From Zootoca vivipara (taxonomy: Eukaryota), in the NCBI RefSeq assembly GCF_963506605.1, contig NC_083288.1:28086001-28150000 (forward strand): a stretch of DNA of 64,000 nucleotides. Reading direction: 5' to 3'. A program made the translations under genes and the position numbers. Shown one piece after another: positions 50,379-62,312 of the stretch (position 1 is its first letter; each line of letters opens with the position of its first letter). The notes under the pieces are model-generated. The model made no database searches. It was not told the DNA's origin and saw only the letters and a list, made by a program, of their open reading frames with translations.

Positions 50379-50808
50379 TGTTAGGATCTCCTACTCTCAA
50401 GTAGGACCCTGGTTGAGACACATGCCAAACTGGCATGTTTTCTCCCTCCTGGTCGATCGTTCAAGAGCTTCAAAAGCATTCTTTTGCCTGAACATCACAG
50501 CGACTGATACCAACTGACATCAGCACACTTTCAGATCCGCAGAGTTTGTACAATTGCGCAACAGACCTCAGCAACTCAGCATTGGGCTAATCTACGTTTA
50601 TTTACATATAAACACACGTGGATCACTGCAACATGGCTCCCTCTCTCTCTCGCATCAGGCAGCAAAAAGAATGAACAAAGGACAATAGTCCCACTTCAGG
50701 AAACACAGTAACACAACATCACTTCCCACTCTGTGGAATCAAAACATATACCATCATGTGATAGACTACAATCCCATGAGTGCAAACATGGGGAATGAAT
50801 CTCCAACA
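50379..50808 (-). mobile_element. Solo LTR (430 bp)
   Basis: TGTT...AACA termini, 5-bp TSD GTATC/GTATG, minus-strand AATAAA near 50600. Empty paralogous site at ~43950. Confidence 0.8.
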
Positions 50809-51447
50809 GTATGTACATCTTTTGAAATAAATGAAAAATGTAAAATTAATCGTATGGATATCTAGGGATGAACGGATCTGCCAATTTCACTTCTCTTAGT
50901 TCCTTAACCCCACTCATGGTTCTGTTGTAGATAGAGATAGATGAATCTGCCAGTTATGGTTTCTCTTATTTTCTCATTTTTCCAATCTTAAATTCAGTTC
51001 TCAACACCTGCAGCAATTTCAGAGCAGCAGCGGGGGGTAGGGGGTGGGGAATAAATCCTAATGGCAGCATTTTGATGAGAGACACACATTTCTGTTTGTG
51101 AATATACAGACTTTTTTCAAAACTTTTTTTCCCTAATATAATGCATTCTGTATTTTATTTTCCCCAATATTCACCTTATCTCAGTGTATGCAGTTCTGTA
51201 AGATTACTTGGCTGGAGAACTGCACTGCAAAATTCAGAGAAGAGCGAATTTAAAAGGATGGCGGTGTGTTGGTTCACGTATTGTTCCAGGTTTCAGCTAT
51301 AAGTTGGTCTAGATCAATGACCACAGTTCAGTGCACTAGGCATGTCAAAAATTCATTTCTCCTTTTAAAGAAATCAATATGTGGGTAAAAATTAAAATGT
51401 AAAAGGGAGGATGCACCACACTGCCCAAAGGTCTAGTGAAAAGAAAA

Positions 51448-51775
51448 GCACAGCTGTGGGTTAAACCACAGAGCCTGGGGCTTTCCGATCAGAAGGTTGG
51501 CGGTTTGAATCCCCACAACAGAGTGAGCTCCTGTTGCTCGGTCCCATCTCCTGCCAACCTAGCAGTTCGAAAGCACGTGAAAGTGCAAGTAGATAAATAA
51601 ATACTGCTACAGTGGAAACGTGTCTCCGGGTGCTGCTCTAGTTTGCCGGAAGCGGCTTTGTCATGCTGGCCACATGACCTGGAAGCTGTACGCCGGCTCC
51701 CTCAGCCAATAATGCGAGATGAGCGCTGCAACCCCAGAGTCGGTCAGGACTGGGGGGGTCTGTTTACCTTTACCT
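51448..51775 (+). mobile_element. Sauria (Squam1) SINE
   Basis: GCTGTGGGTTAAACCACAGAGCC...GCAACCCCAGAGTCGG...TTTACCTTTACC. Confidence 0.88.
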
Positions 51776-51826
51776 AACTAACGATAAAAACAATAAGTCA
51801 ATACCACATCTATTGCATTACTTTTC

Positions 51827-54731
51827 GGAGGACTTCCGGCAAGATGGCGAACAGCACCTAGTCAGTGTGAGCTCTCTAATTTAATCTTTTAAAGACTTGT
51901 TTTAATGAGCATTGAGATTAGATAAAATTAAGCATCTCACTGTATTTTATAGTAGCTTTTAATTGGGAGGCACCTCTCTGACTTTGTACTTCTGAAATAG
52001 CCGGGGGAAGAGAGAGCGAAGAGCGAGATGACTCAGCATCTCGGCAGCTCCGTTGATAAGAGGAGAGGAAAGGGGAAACGCTGCAGAGAAGCTGAGGATA
52101 TAGAGGAAATGGCATGTTTGCCCCTCACCAAGCAAACAAAAATTAATGAATTTTTCTCTGGAAAAACAAAGGATATGTTTAACATACCAACTTCAAATAG
52201 CTACTCTCCTCTAGCAGAGATGATTGAAAAAGAAACCACGCTGAAGGAACTACCTGACAAACAGTCCATTATTCCTTCAAGCAACAACGCCACTAGACCA
52301 AAAGGACCTAAAAAGGATCCAACTACGGTTACTCAGGCGAAAGACTGCATCAGACAGCAAGAAAGCTATCTCTCTGAAATATTATTTGAACATTCTACCA
52401 CATTACACCTAGTTGCTAAAACTGTGGACTATATCTTTAAATGCGTAAGAGACACCTCAGATGCTTTACTGGAGGACAGGGCCGAACAAACGCCCAGAGC
52501 ATCAATTTTACCACACTCAATTTCACAAATTGGCTGCAAATACGAAAATGAACAAATTCAGGAAGAACTACATTCCATATCTTCCTATAATCTCTTGCTG
52601 CAAGCCACTAAACTCTGTCTAATTGTTCACCCCTTCATAGGCCAGGTGGTTAATTGGTCTTCCACGCACAATGCAAGGAGGCACCTAGCTGTACTGTTAG
52701 GAGTAAACCCCCACTCCATCAATTTGAAATCCATTGCCCATATCTACAGCAGGCCACAAACGCAGAGAGTACTGCTTTCCTTTGAATCCAAAAAGTTTCC
52801 AACCTCTTTGATGTCTCTACGAAGTACTCTGATTAATTATGGAATTTTTATCACAAGAGTTTTTATCAATACTAAGATTTGCCTTCTCCTACCTTACTCC
52901 TCATTTAAAAGGAAAGCAGCTAAAAATGAGGGCCCCCCCATCTATTATGAGCTCTACATCTCCGACCTCAGATTTAATTAACTGGACAGAGACCCCCATT
53001 CCCTTCCTAACAAAGGCTACCCACCTAGAGAACTCCATGGAGCAGGAATTACTTGTATCCTTCTCTCACTTGCCAAAAATCGAACAAACAGAGATAACAG
53101 ACAGACTGGATGAGCTATTTATTACTCTGTCTTCGTAATTCAGAAGATTTTACGCTCACAAATAAGATGAATATTCCATCTAACCCTGATTGGAAAACGG
53201 GACATGAAATTCCTCTGGTGGCACCTGAATATATACCCCTATTTTGCCCAACTGAAGTCCATGCTGAAAACCCTGCGGCACCCCTCATCCCATTACCAGA
53301 GAACTCATCATCTAATGGATGCATCTTCCATGACCCCAGGAAGGCTTTGGATACTATTGAGGAGATGAAATGACTCCCACCTCTTTTACTGTCCTGGAAT
53401 GTTGCTGGATGGCAATCGAAAACAATGGACAAAGATTTTTTAAACTATGTGTCACAGTTTAAGATCATCCTGCTCCAGGAAACCTGGATGCAAAATCCGT
53501 TTGAACTTCATAATTATTTTGCTTTCCACTCCTGTGCTTCAATCGGCCCAAAAGGGGGAAGACCTGCTGCAGGCTTGAGCACCTTCGTGTCAACAGACTT
53601 AGGAACTTACTCAAGTCAATTGAAAATCGATAAGAAATGGATTTTGGCTGTAAAGATATTCTCTGCCCACTTTAAGAGCATATGCACCAGTGTATATATT
53701 CACCCTCTTATGAAACAATCTGATCTTAAAAATGTTTGGAACGAGCTGGAAGATTGTATCCTCTTGGTCACAGACAAGTTCCCTTCAGCCTCTTTACTTA
53801 TTGGTGGGGACCTTAATGCAAGGTTAGGCCATTCAGATGAACAGTTGATCAATGAAAGTGGAATAGGTGTCTTAAATGCAAATGATGAACCTTGGCCCCT
53901 CTTCAGGCGCCGATCACTTGACCCAGTTGCTAACCTTTTCCAAATGGCATTTAGGTTAAACCTTGTTATTTTAAATGGCCTCTCTTCGGGTGATTGCCCA
54001 GGTCAATTTACTTATTGGTCAGGCTTAAGGCAATCTGTTATCGACTATATTCTTATCTCTCAAGATCTTTTTGATGAACATATCGAATTTATGGTAGATA
54101 CAAGGACCGAAAGTGACCATTTACCCCTAAATCTGAAAAGGACTCAATTTTGGGGACCCACCAGATGTGGGCCTGCCCCACATGCACTTACGGGACCGCC
54201 TCTCCTGGTATGCCCCGCGGAGGACCTTAAGGTCCACAAACAATAATATTCTGGAGATCCCGAGTCATAAGATGGCTAGATTGGCCTCTACTAGAGCCAG
54301 GGCCTTTTCAGTACTGGCCCCAACCTGGTGGAACGCTCTTTCCCAGGAGACCAGGGCCCTGCGAGATTTGTCATCTTTCCGCAGGGCCTGCAAGACAGAG
54401 CTGTTCCGCCTGGCCTTTGGGTTAGACTCAGCCTGACCCCTGTGTTTTTCTCCCTCATGGCTTGGATTTATGGCCTACTTGAAATGAGGCTGCACTTTAA
54501 ATTTTAATACTGTATTTTAATCTGTATTTTAACTAATTGTTTTTATGTTTTATTGTGGTTCTGTTGGTGTCAGCCACTTATGGCCTACTTGAAATGAGGC
54601 TGCACTTTAAATTTTAATACTGTATTTTAATCTGTATTTTAATTAATTGTTTTTATGTTTTATTGTGGTTCTGTTGGTGTCAGCCGCCCTGAGCCCGGTT
54701 TTTGACTGGGGAGGGCGGGGTATAAATAAAA

Positions 54732-54780
<49 letters not shown>

Positions 54781-57441
54781 TGTATTTAATGATTTACAAC
54801 AAAGAGGCAGAACCAGAATCAAATGGTCCCCTCATGTCAATAACAGGTTTAGTCTCTGGACACAATCAGCAGAAGGTCAGCTCTTCTGGGATAATTTGAC
54901 CTCCAACAACGTCAAAGAGACTTCCCCAATTGATCAATACAACTTATTAACCCGAAAACTTCAATCACTGTTTTCAAGACCTAGAAGCTCTAACCATAAT
55001 GAATACCCTACTAATAAAAAATGGTTTGATCGTGAATGTATCCAGGCAGAACTTATACTCAGAGAATGCTTTAAGGTCTTCCAGCAAAATCCTAATCCAA
55101 TTACTGAATCTGAATTACAACTTAAAAAAAAAAAGAATTACAAAGAGTTATCAAAAACCAAAAAAGAGAGCTGCAGATTCTCTTATCTGGCAGGCCCTCA
55201 TCAAAGCCTTCATAGAAAAAGACAATGTCAATTTTTGAAAAATTATCTCCACCCAAACCAAATCACATAATGAGGGCACAACAATCCCTGCAGATATATG
55301 GGAAGAGCATTATAAAGTGTTGTTTAGGGACCAATGGCATCCCGTGCCTCTTGGCATCTCCTTAGATAATGCTGCACCATGGCCCCCAATATCTGAATCT
55401 GAAATCACTTCGTTAATTCTACAAATGAAATCTGGAAGTGATATCATTGTTGTTGAACTTTTGAAAGCGCAAATAAATTGGTGGGTCCCAATTCTGGCAA
55501 ATCTATTTTCATGTATAGATATGACAGCTAAAATTCCTAAAGATTGGGGACTGGCCATAATTGTTTCTATATTTAAAAAGGGCAATCCCTCTGATCCATC
55601 TAACTATAGACCAATTAGTCTTCTGAATGTGATCTGCAAACTATATACAAAACATCTGGGCCTAAAATTGTGTGAATGGTTGGACCGTAATGATTTACTA
55701 GAAATTGAACAAGCAGGCTTTACATCTGGACGTTCCACTATTGATCACTGCTTAGTGTAAGATAATTTTATCTATAAATATGTGAAACATTGGAAAAAGT
55801 CGTTGTATGCAGCCTATGTGGACCTAAAGGCAGCATTTGATTCTGTGTCTTTGTGATTCTGTGATTCTGTAGGCTTTGGGCTAAATTGGCCAACATGGGT
55901 ATTAACAGAAGGCTATTACTTCTGATGATTAAGCTTCATGAAAATAATACCCTTCAGATAAGATTTGCACAGGACGGCAGACTTTCTAGAGAAATCCCAG
56001 TTCAAAGAGGGGTTAGACAAGGATGTTTACTAGCTCCTTTTTTATTCAACATCTATGTTAATTCTCTGATCACATGCTGTCATGAAATTGATACCCACCC
56101 TCCCGTGTTTTCTAGTGGTAGAAAAGTACCAGTTCTAATGTATGCGGATGACGTTGTTCTTCTCTCTCAAACTAAAGTTGGTTTGAAACGTGCCTTAGGG
56201 AAGTTTAGCGACCAATGCAACACCGAATGGTTAACAATTAATTTTGCCAAAACTAAAATTGTACGTTTTGACCGTTCATTTAAGAAAGACAATTGGAGTA
56301 TAAAGGGAAACGCCATAGAACCATATAAGATATTCCAATATTTAGGAATAACCTTATCCTACAATGCCAAATTGTCAACACACTGGACCGCATCAGCTAC
56401 TTCAGCAGGAAGAAGTGCAAATGCCATCCTTAGATTATTCAGAAGGAAAGGCGCCAGCTTCCTTCCTATGGCCCTAAAAGTCTTTCAGGCAAAATCTTTA
56501 GCCCAGCTCCTGTATGGCTCTCAAATTGGACTTTCTGCCAATCTTAAGACCCTTGAAACAGTACAATCAAAAATTTTAAGATCACTATTCGGTACCCCAA
56601 AGAGCACACCTAATGCAGTGTTAAGGCAAGAGGCAGGACTTCCCAGAGTGGAATTAAAAGTCTGGGAGCAAGCAATATCCCTCTGGTTGAAAATCCATTA
56701 CAATCCAAAGGGAATGTTACCTCATTTTCTGGCCGCAGCTCCCTATCCACCCTGGCTTATGCAAATAACTAACAAGATCAAACAAATTGGCCTAAATCCT
56801 GAAGATCTTTTTAATAGAACACTCAACAAGGCAAAAATAATTATTACTCAGAGACTTTACGATGTTGAATTACAACAAGAAGATGCTTTACTCCCGGATA
56901 ATTATAGATGTTTAAAATCGTGGCCTAATTTTACAGCTGCCCCTTACTTATCTAACATCACTAACGAAGCTTATAGATGGGCCTTCTCTAGAGCCCGCTT
57001 TGAGGCAATGCCCTCAGCGGTGCTGTACAGTAAATCTATGCGGGTACCAATTCATGAGCGCCTTTGCCCTTGCATGTCTAACAAGGTAGAATCTGTCACT
57101 CACAGTCTATTATTTTGTGAATTTTATAGTGAAGAACGAGCTTGACTTATTTTACCCCTTTTATCAAAATTTACACCCTCGCAATATTATTTGGAATTCT
57201 CCCCTGAACTCTTACAAAAATTCCTTCTGGAAGATTCCTCAAGCCCAGTGTCATATGACGTGGCTAAATTCTGCACTTTAGCTATCAAGAAACGTAAATC
57301 CCTTCTATTGAATGACACATTGCGAATTCCTTTTTTGTAATTGTTTTATTTCTGGTGATGTTATTGCTGATTTTCTCTTGTTTGGAATTATGATATTCTG
57401 TATTTCTGGCTTTTGCTGTAATAAAAATTGAATTGAATTGA
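51827..57441 (+). mobile_element. Full-length but decayed two-ORF APE-type LINE (RTE-X-like, clade tentative)
   Basis: 15-bp TSD ATTGCATTACTTTTC (51812-51826, 57442-57456). 5' GGAGGACTTCCGGCAAGATGGCG, 3' AATAAA plus (ATTGA)n. ORF1 ~52028-53373 (frameshifted). ORF2 pieces contain SWNVAG, LQETW, GDLNARLG, SVIDY, SDHLP, YRPISLL, EQAGF, DLKAAFDSV, GVRQGCLLAP, YADD and a C-terminal C-x-C...H...C. Confidence 0.88.
54165..54780 (+). mobile_element. L2 LINE 3' fragment nested in the LINE ORF2, with internal ~110-bp tandem duplication
   Basis: RAFSVLAPTWWNAL...FRRACKTELF and (TTA)n tail. Repeat units at ~54468-54575 and ~54578-54685. Confidence 0.85.
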
Positions 57442-58356
57442 ATTGCATTACTTTTCAATGAGGTCTTAAGCTGCATATTGCCCGCATGCCCTCCCTGCTC
57501 CTTATAACTAAGTAAAAGAAAAAGAAGTAGCCTTTAAAGAAGAATTACTCTGAACATTTAGGAAAGGAGTGGGAATATCTCTGAATAAGGGGAAACCCCA
57601 CAGTGTCCTACTTCTGTGATTATGGGCCTGCACTGTCCCCATGTGGCTTCAGTCTAGCTTTGAAACCTACGTTCCCTCTCAGATAATTAGTGCATCTCCC
57701 AAGATATTTACCTTTTATGCTTAATAATAAATATTAATCAAACAGAGGCTCCCTCTCTCTTTTTATATATAAAGCCTGAGATGTGAAACAAGTCATAGCA
57801 GACTAAAAAGCATTCAAAAATTATGGGAAGGCAAGCTTTGTCCATTGAGATGTTTATAGAAGACAGAATGTACAACTTGCTCCCAAGACCAAAATCTGCT
57901 CACAATTGAGCTCACAAGAAACTTCATTCATGAGAGAGGTAATGATATTCAGTGTAAGTTATTTGCAGGAACTGCTTGCTTTGAGTAACAAAGCTGTGAC
58001 AGCACTGAATGCTTTCATTTTCTTTGCTTGAGAAAGATTTGGAGGCTTTTGGGGTAGACTCCTCGACTGAAATGCATGGGTCAAACTTATCATGGCTTCA
58101 TAAGCCCAGAGAATTCAATGGGAACTACATTCAATTCACTTGATCTTGATCTAACCAATGGCCAGTTGGATCTCAGGCTAGTCAATTCTGTGAATTTTGG
58201 CTTCTCTCAATCTGTCATTTTCCCACTTCTAAGTTCAGTTTCCCAAATTTCCACATTGGTTTCTGAATTTTTTAAGCCCTCATAAAAGTTCTCTAAGCAT
58301 TAGTTCAAATATCTCAAAATATGCATATATTTGTATGCAAATTTGCCTAAGATACT

Positions 58357-58775
58357 TCTTTTGTCACTCTCTTGCATTGGTCAATAACTCATGCATTGAT
58401 ACCAGCCTTGTGAAATATGCCAGTGTATTCCTGACTTTTGTGTTCAGTTTCCTCCCTTTTCTTTTGATCCGAATTTCCTACATATATATTATTGCTGTCA
58501 TTTTAAAAATCCCATCCACCACTGGGAGGCAGAAAGCCTTTTCCACTTGTTCTTCTCATGTAATCCCCCCCCCCCGTTCTATGGCCCATTAATCATTGTA
58601 CATGTGACACCAAAACTGAAGCAATGAAAGACCTTAACAAAATATTTTTTTCCTGTTTTTATACAGACCTTCCCCCTTTAATTAAGCCCCTTGTATACAG
58701 CCGGAGAAACAAGGATGTCAAGGAATTTTTCAGGAAGGCCACTGGGAAGATTTTAGAAGGCCATTTTGTGAATTA
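58357..58775 (+). pseudogene. OR pseudogene remnant (ECL2 to C-terminus only, frameshifted), related to the tandem trio
   Basis: SCIDTSLVKY...[39 protein letters not shown], then frameshifts, then PPLIKPLVYSRRNKDV. The 5' half is missing. Confidence 0.85.
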
Positions 58776-59012
58776 AGGGTCCAAAAGGAATTATTCAGCT
58801 AGATACCAGTAGTTATCCAAAACCTTTTGCCAAACTACATCAATTCCAGGCTTTATGGGTATTTGGGAAAGTGGTTCCTACTGAGGTTCCTTTCAAGAAT
58901 CCATTCTCTTCCCTTGTCACTCCTTTCACTACCCCCTGGGTTGCTTCTTCCTCTGGCACCAACAGGTAGCACAACTTTTAAAGAGAGAGGGGGTAATTCT
59001 TGTGAAGGTTAC

Positions 59013-59275
59013 AGGTAGGTAGCCGTGTTGGTCTGGATCGAAGTAAAATAAAAAAATTCCTTCAGTAGCACCTTAAAAACCAACTAAGTTTTTATTTTGG
59101 TATGAGCTTTCGTGTGCGTGCACACTTCTTCAGATACATATCTGAAGAATACGTATCTGAAGATACGTATACGTATTCTTCAGATACGTATCTGAAGAAG
59201 TGTGCACGCACACGAAAGCTCATACCAAAATAAAAACTTAGTTGGTCTTTAAGGTGCTACTGAAGGAATTTTTTT
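59013..59275. mobile_element. Penelope-type palindromic element with two intact minimal hammerhead motifs in opposite orientation
   Basis: 17-bp TSD ATTCTTGTGAAGGTTAC (58996-59012, 59276-59292). Near-perfect ~89-bp inverted arms (59049-59137, 59188-59277). Confidence 0.85.
59188..59225 (+). ncRNA. Minimal type I hammerhead ribozyme motif (mirror copy 59100-59137 on minus strand)
   Basis: GUAU-CUGAAGA-A-GUGUG(CACG)CACAC-GAAA-GCU-C^AUAC. Stem I GUAU/AUAC, conserved core, palindromic AGCU in place of stem III. Predicted cleavage after 59221. Confidence 0.7.
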
Positions 59276-59891
59276 ATTCTTGTGAAGGTTACTGTCCTTC
59301 TCCATGCTCTCTCACTACTCACTCAGAGATGTCAGGTAAACAGGCAGCCATATCAGGAGGAAAAACTGCAGGGTGTGGCAGTAGGGTATGGGTATATGCA
59401 CATTTGCAATGAAGTTTTTATGTGGAGCTAAAAACTCCACATAAGATTATGCACATCTACAGGAGTATGTACACATGTGTTACTTGTGCATGCTGGTATG
59501 TGACCTTAGAGGCTGATTTGTGACCTGTAAAACAGAGTTGAAATTGCCCCATCACATTGTAATCTGTACCAATCCATGAACACCAATCTCCATTTTAAAA
59601 CTCAGAGTAGAGTAGTTGTTTTGGAAGACAATAATCAGGCATGCACACAACATGACCATTCCAACAAGGTTGATGTTGAAGACTCATTACTTCAACACTG
59701 GTGATCTTTGCTTCTTCCAGTACACTGGCATTAGTTTCCCTGTCATCCCAGGTGATGTGTATTTTTCTTCCAGAGACACCGTTGATGGAATCTTTCTCCC
59801 TTCCATTACTTCACTCAGTGATACTTAACTATTGTATATTGGCTATCACATTCATATTCCTTTCCAATTATCTTTCAGAATACAGCATTTG

Positions 59892-60917
59892 ATGACAACC
59901 ACAATGCATAGGAACCTGAGTGAAATCACAGAGTTCATCCTTCTGGGGTTTGGGGATCTCCCCAATCTGCACATCTTTCTGTTCCTTGTGTTTCTGGGGA
60001 TCTACATTTTGACAATTGCTTTCAATATCCTCCTGGTCTTTCTCATAGTGACTGATCATCACCTGCACACACCCATGTACTTTTTCCTGGGGAATTTGTC
60101 TTTTTTGGAAGCAGTCTACAGCTCAACCACCCAGCCCAGGATGCTGAATAGTCTCCTGACAGGGGACAAAACCATCTCTGTTAAAGGATGCCACATACAA
60201 TTTTTTGTTGTTGCTCTCCTGCTTGGTACAGAATGCTATCTGCTCTCTGTCATGTCTTATGATCGTTTCTTAGCCATATGCAGACCCCTATATTATGCAA
60301 CTCTTATGAATGGTAAACTCTGTATCCAGCTGGCCAGTTGCTCTTGGATCAGCAGCATTGTCTTGGTCTCCATATGCTTGGTCTTTATGTGGCCACTACA
60401 TTATTGTGGTTCCAATGAAATTGATAATATATTGTGTGAAGCTCTTTCAATTGTTAAAATCTCATGTAGTGACACCAGCCTTGTGAAACAAGTCATTCTA
60501 ATCCTGGCTTTTGTGTTCAGTTTTCCTCCTTTTCTTTTGACACTGATCTCCTACGTATTTATTGTTGCTGCCATTTTTAAAATCTCATCCTCCACTGGGA
60601 AGCAAAAGGCCTTTTCCACCTGTTCTTCTCACATCATTGTTGTTTCTATCTTCTATGGGTCAATATTCTTTTCATATTTCACACCAAAAAATGAAAAAAT
60701 GAGAAACCTTAACAATATCTTTCCACTACTTTATATGGTCTTCCCCCCTTTAATTAACCCCCTCATATATAGCCTGAGAAATAAAGATGTCAAAGAGGCT
60801 CTGAGAAAGGCTACTGGAAAAATTTGGAATGGAAATTTGTGCCTCTTGGTTGCAAATACTGATGGCTCCTTTCATCTAAGAAATAAAGCTGTATGGGTGT
60901 GGAGGATAAATGTCTGA
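59892..60917 (+). CDS. Olfactory receptor, class II, intact (341 aa, long C-tail), tandem copy 3
   Basis: Same motifs. The 20-codon N-extension in the ORF track starts at TTG upstream of the acceptor and is not used. Confidence 0.92.
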   Translation: MTTTMHRNLSEITEFILLGFGDLPNLHIFLFLVFLGIYILTIAFNILLVFLIVTDHHLHTPMYFFLGNLSFLEAVYSSTTQPRMLNSLLTGDKTISVKGCHIQFFVVALLLGTECYLLSVMSYDRFLAICRPLYYATLMNGKLCIQLASCSWISSIVLVSICLVFMWPLHYCGSNEIDNILCEALSIVKISCSDTSLVKQVILILAFVFSFPPFLLTLISYVFIVAAIFKISSSTGKQKAFSTCSSHIIVVSIFYGSIFFSYFTPKNEKMRNLNNIFPLLYMVFPPLINPLIYSLRNKDVKEALRKATGKIWNGNLCLLVANTDGSFHLRNKAVWVWRINV

Positions 60918-60960
60918 TTGTTCAGGCTCTGATTTTTAACCATGTCTATGCAGAAGTCCA

Positions 60961-61253
60961 ACGCCGCGGGCCTTCTGGCAGTTCCCTCATTGCGAGAAGT
61001 GAGGTTACAGGGAACCAGACAGAGGGCTTTCTTGTTAGTGGCACCCGCCCTGTGGAACGCCCTTCAGCAGATGTCAAGGCAATAAGCAACTATTTTACCT
61101 TTAAAAGACAACTGATGGAGGCCCTGTTTAGTGACGTTTTTAATGTTTGATGCTGTATTGTTTTTAATATTCGGTTGGAAGCCGCCCAGAGTAGCTGGGG
61201 AAACCTAGCCAGATGGGCAGGGTATAAATAATAAATTATCATTATTATTATTA
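60961..61253 (+). mobile_element. L2 LINE 3' fragment in the 3' flank of OR copy 3
   Basis: QRAFLLVAPALWNA-like sequence and GGGCAGGGTATAAATAATAAATTA..(TTA)n end. Absent from copies 1 and 2. Confidence 0.82.
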
Positions 61254-62312
61254 CTGTGAATGGGGCTTACTCCCAAATTAACAGAATTTAGGTTACGACC
61301 TTAGGAAGTTGAAAACATTATAATATGTTTTTGCTTGAAAGTCAATTTCAAGCATTTGTTTCAGTGTACCTGTTTCCTATGACCATATATATTTAAGAAA
61401 TTAGAATAGAGAATTAATCAGGGATGTGGGACTTTGCTTGTTCTTCTTGGTGTCTCTTCAAATGTTGAAACCAGTGTAATGGTATCCTCCTGGAATGACT
61501 CGGACTAATTGTAATTGGAGGCATTGTGTTACAGTGGTTTAGGTGCTACATCTGAAGACTAGCATTGACAGAGTGTTTTTCCAGAGGTTCTTTACAATGC
61601 ATCTGAATATCTCACCTATCAGCATATAGCACATCTGCTCAGAACCTGCACTGGTTGCCAATTTGCTACCAGGCCTCCTTCAAGTTGTAGGTACATAAAG
61701 CCTGGGACAAATTGCACTGTCAGATCACCTTACTCCATCTATGAGCACTTAAATGCATCAGTCTGTGCAACTGGGATTGCTAAAGGTGCCTCAAAAGACT
61801 CATGCACACTTTTGAACTCTCTCCTTATTTACTCAAGGCAGGTACCTTCACTGTACTCTCTCTCTCTCTCTTTTTTTTTTTTGCAGCTCCCTGAAACATT
61901 TTAGTTGTAGATAGAGATAGATGAATTGGCCAGTTTTGGTTTCTCTTATTTTCTCATTTCCCCCCAGTCTTAAATTCAGTTCTTCACAGCTGCAGCATTT
62001 CTTTTCTTTTTTTTTGGGGGGGGGGGAATAAATCCTAATGGCAGCATTTTGATGCACATTTCTCCAGAGACACACATTGCTGTATGTGAATATGCATGTT
62101 TTTTCCAGCATTTTCCCCTAATATTATGCATTTTGTATGTTATTTTCCCCAATATGCATCTTATCTCAGTGTATGCACTTCTGCACAGATGACTTGGCTG
62201 TAGAACTGCATTGCAAAATTCAGAGAGGAGTGAATTAAGAAGGATGGCTGTGTGTTGGTTCATGTATTGTTCCCGGTTTCAGCTATAAATTGGTCTGGAT
62301 CAATGACCACAT

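Larger units (their letters stand above)
39500..62312 (+). repeat. Tandem OR duplication units (~39500-44400, ~44570-51330, ~57530-58800 degenerate, ~59600-62312)
   Basis: Colinear upstream and downstream non-coding homology, e.g. 39770-40180 vs 44595-45180, 42685-44400 vs 49056-51280 vs 60918-62270, and 47745-48030 vs 59605-59890. Confidence 0.88.

Noticed and set aside
59013-59275. Interpretation as a DNA-transposon MITE or CRISPR-like repeat
   Set aside because: The 17-bp TSD, asymmetric arms and variable inversion points among copies do not fit a TIR transposon. There is no repeat-spacer periodicity, and the DNA is vertebrate.
2819-60917. N-terminal extensions of OR ORFs in the ORF track (3823, 13057, 17979, 27360, 59832)
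   Set aside because: They start at GTG or TTG and run through polypyrimidine/AG acceptor sequence, so they are intronic.
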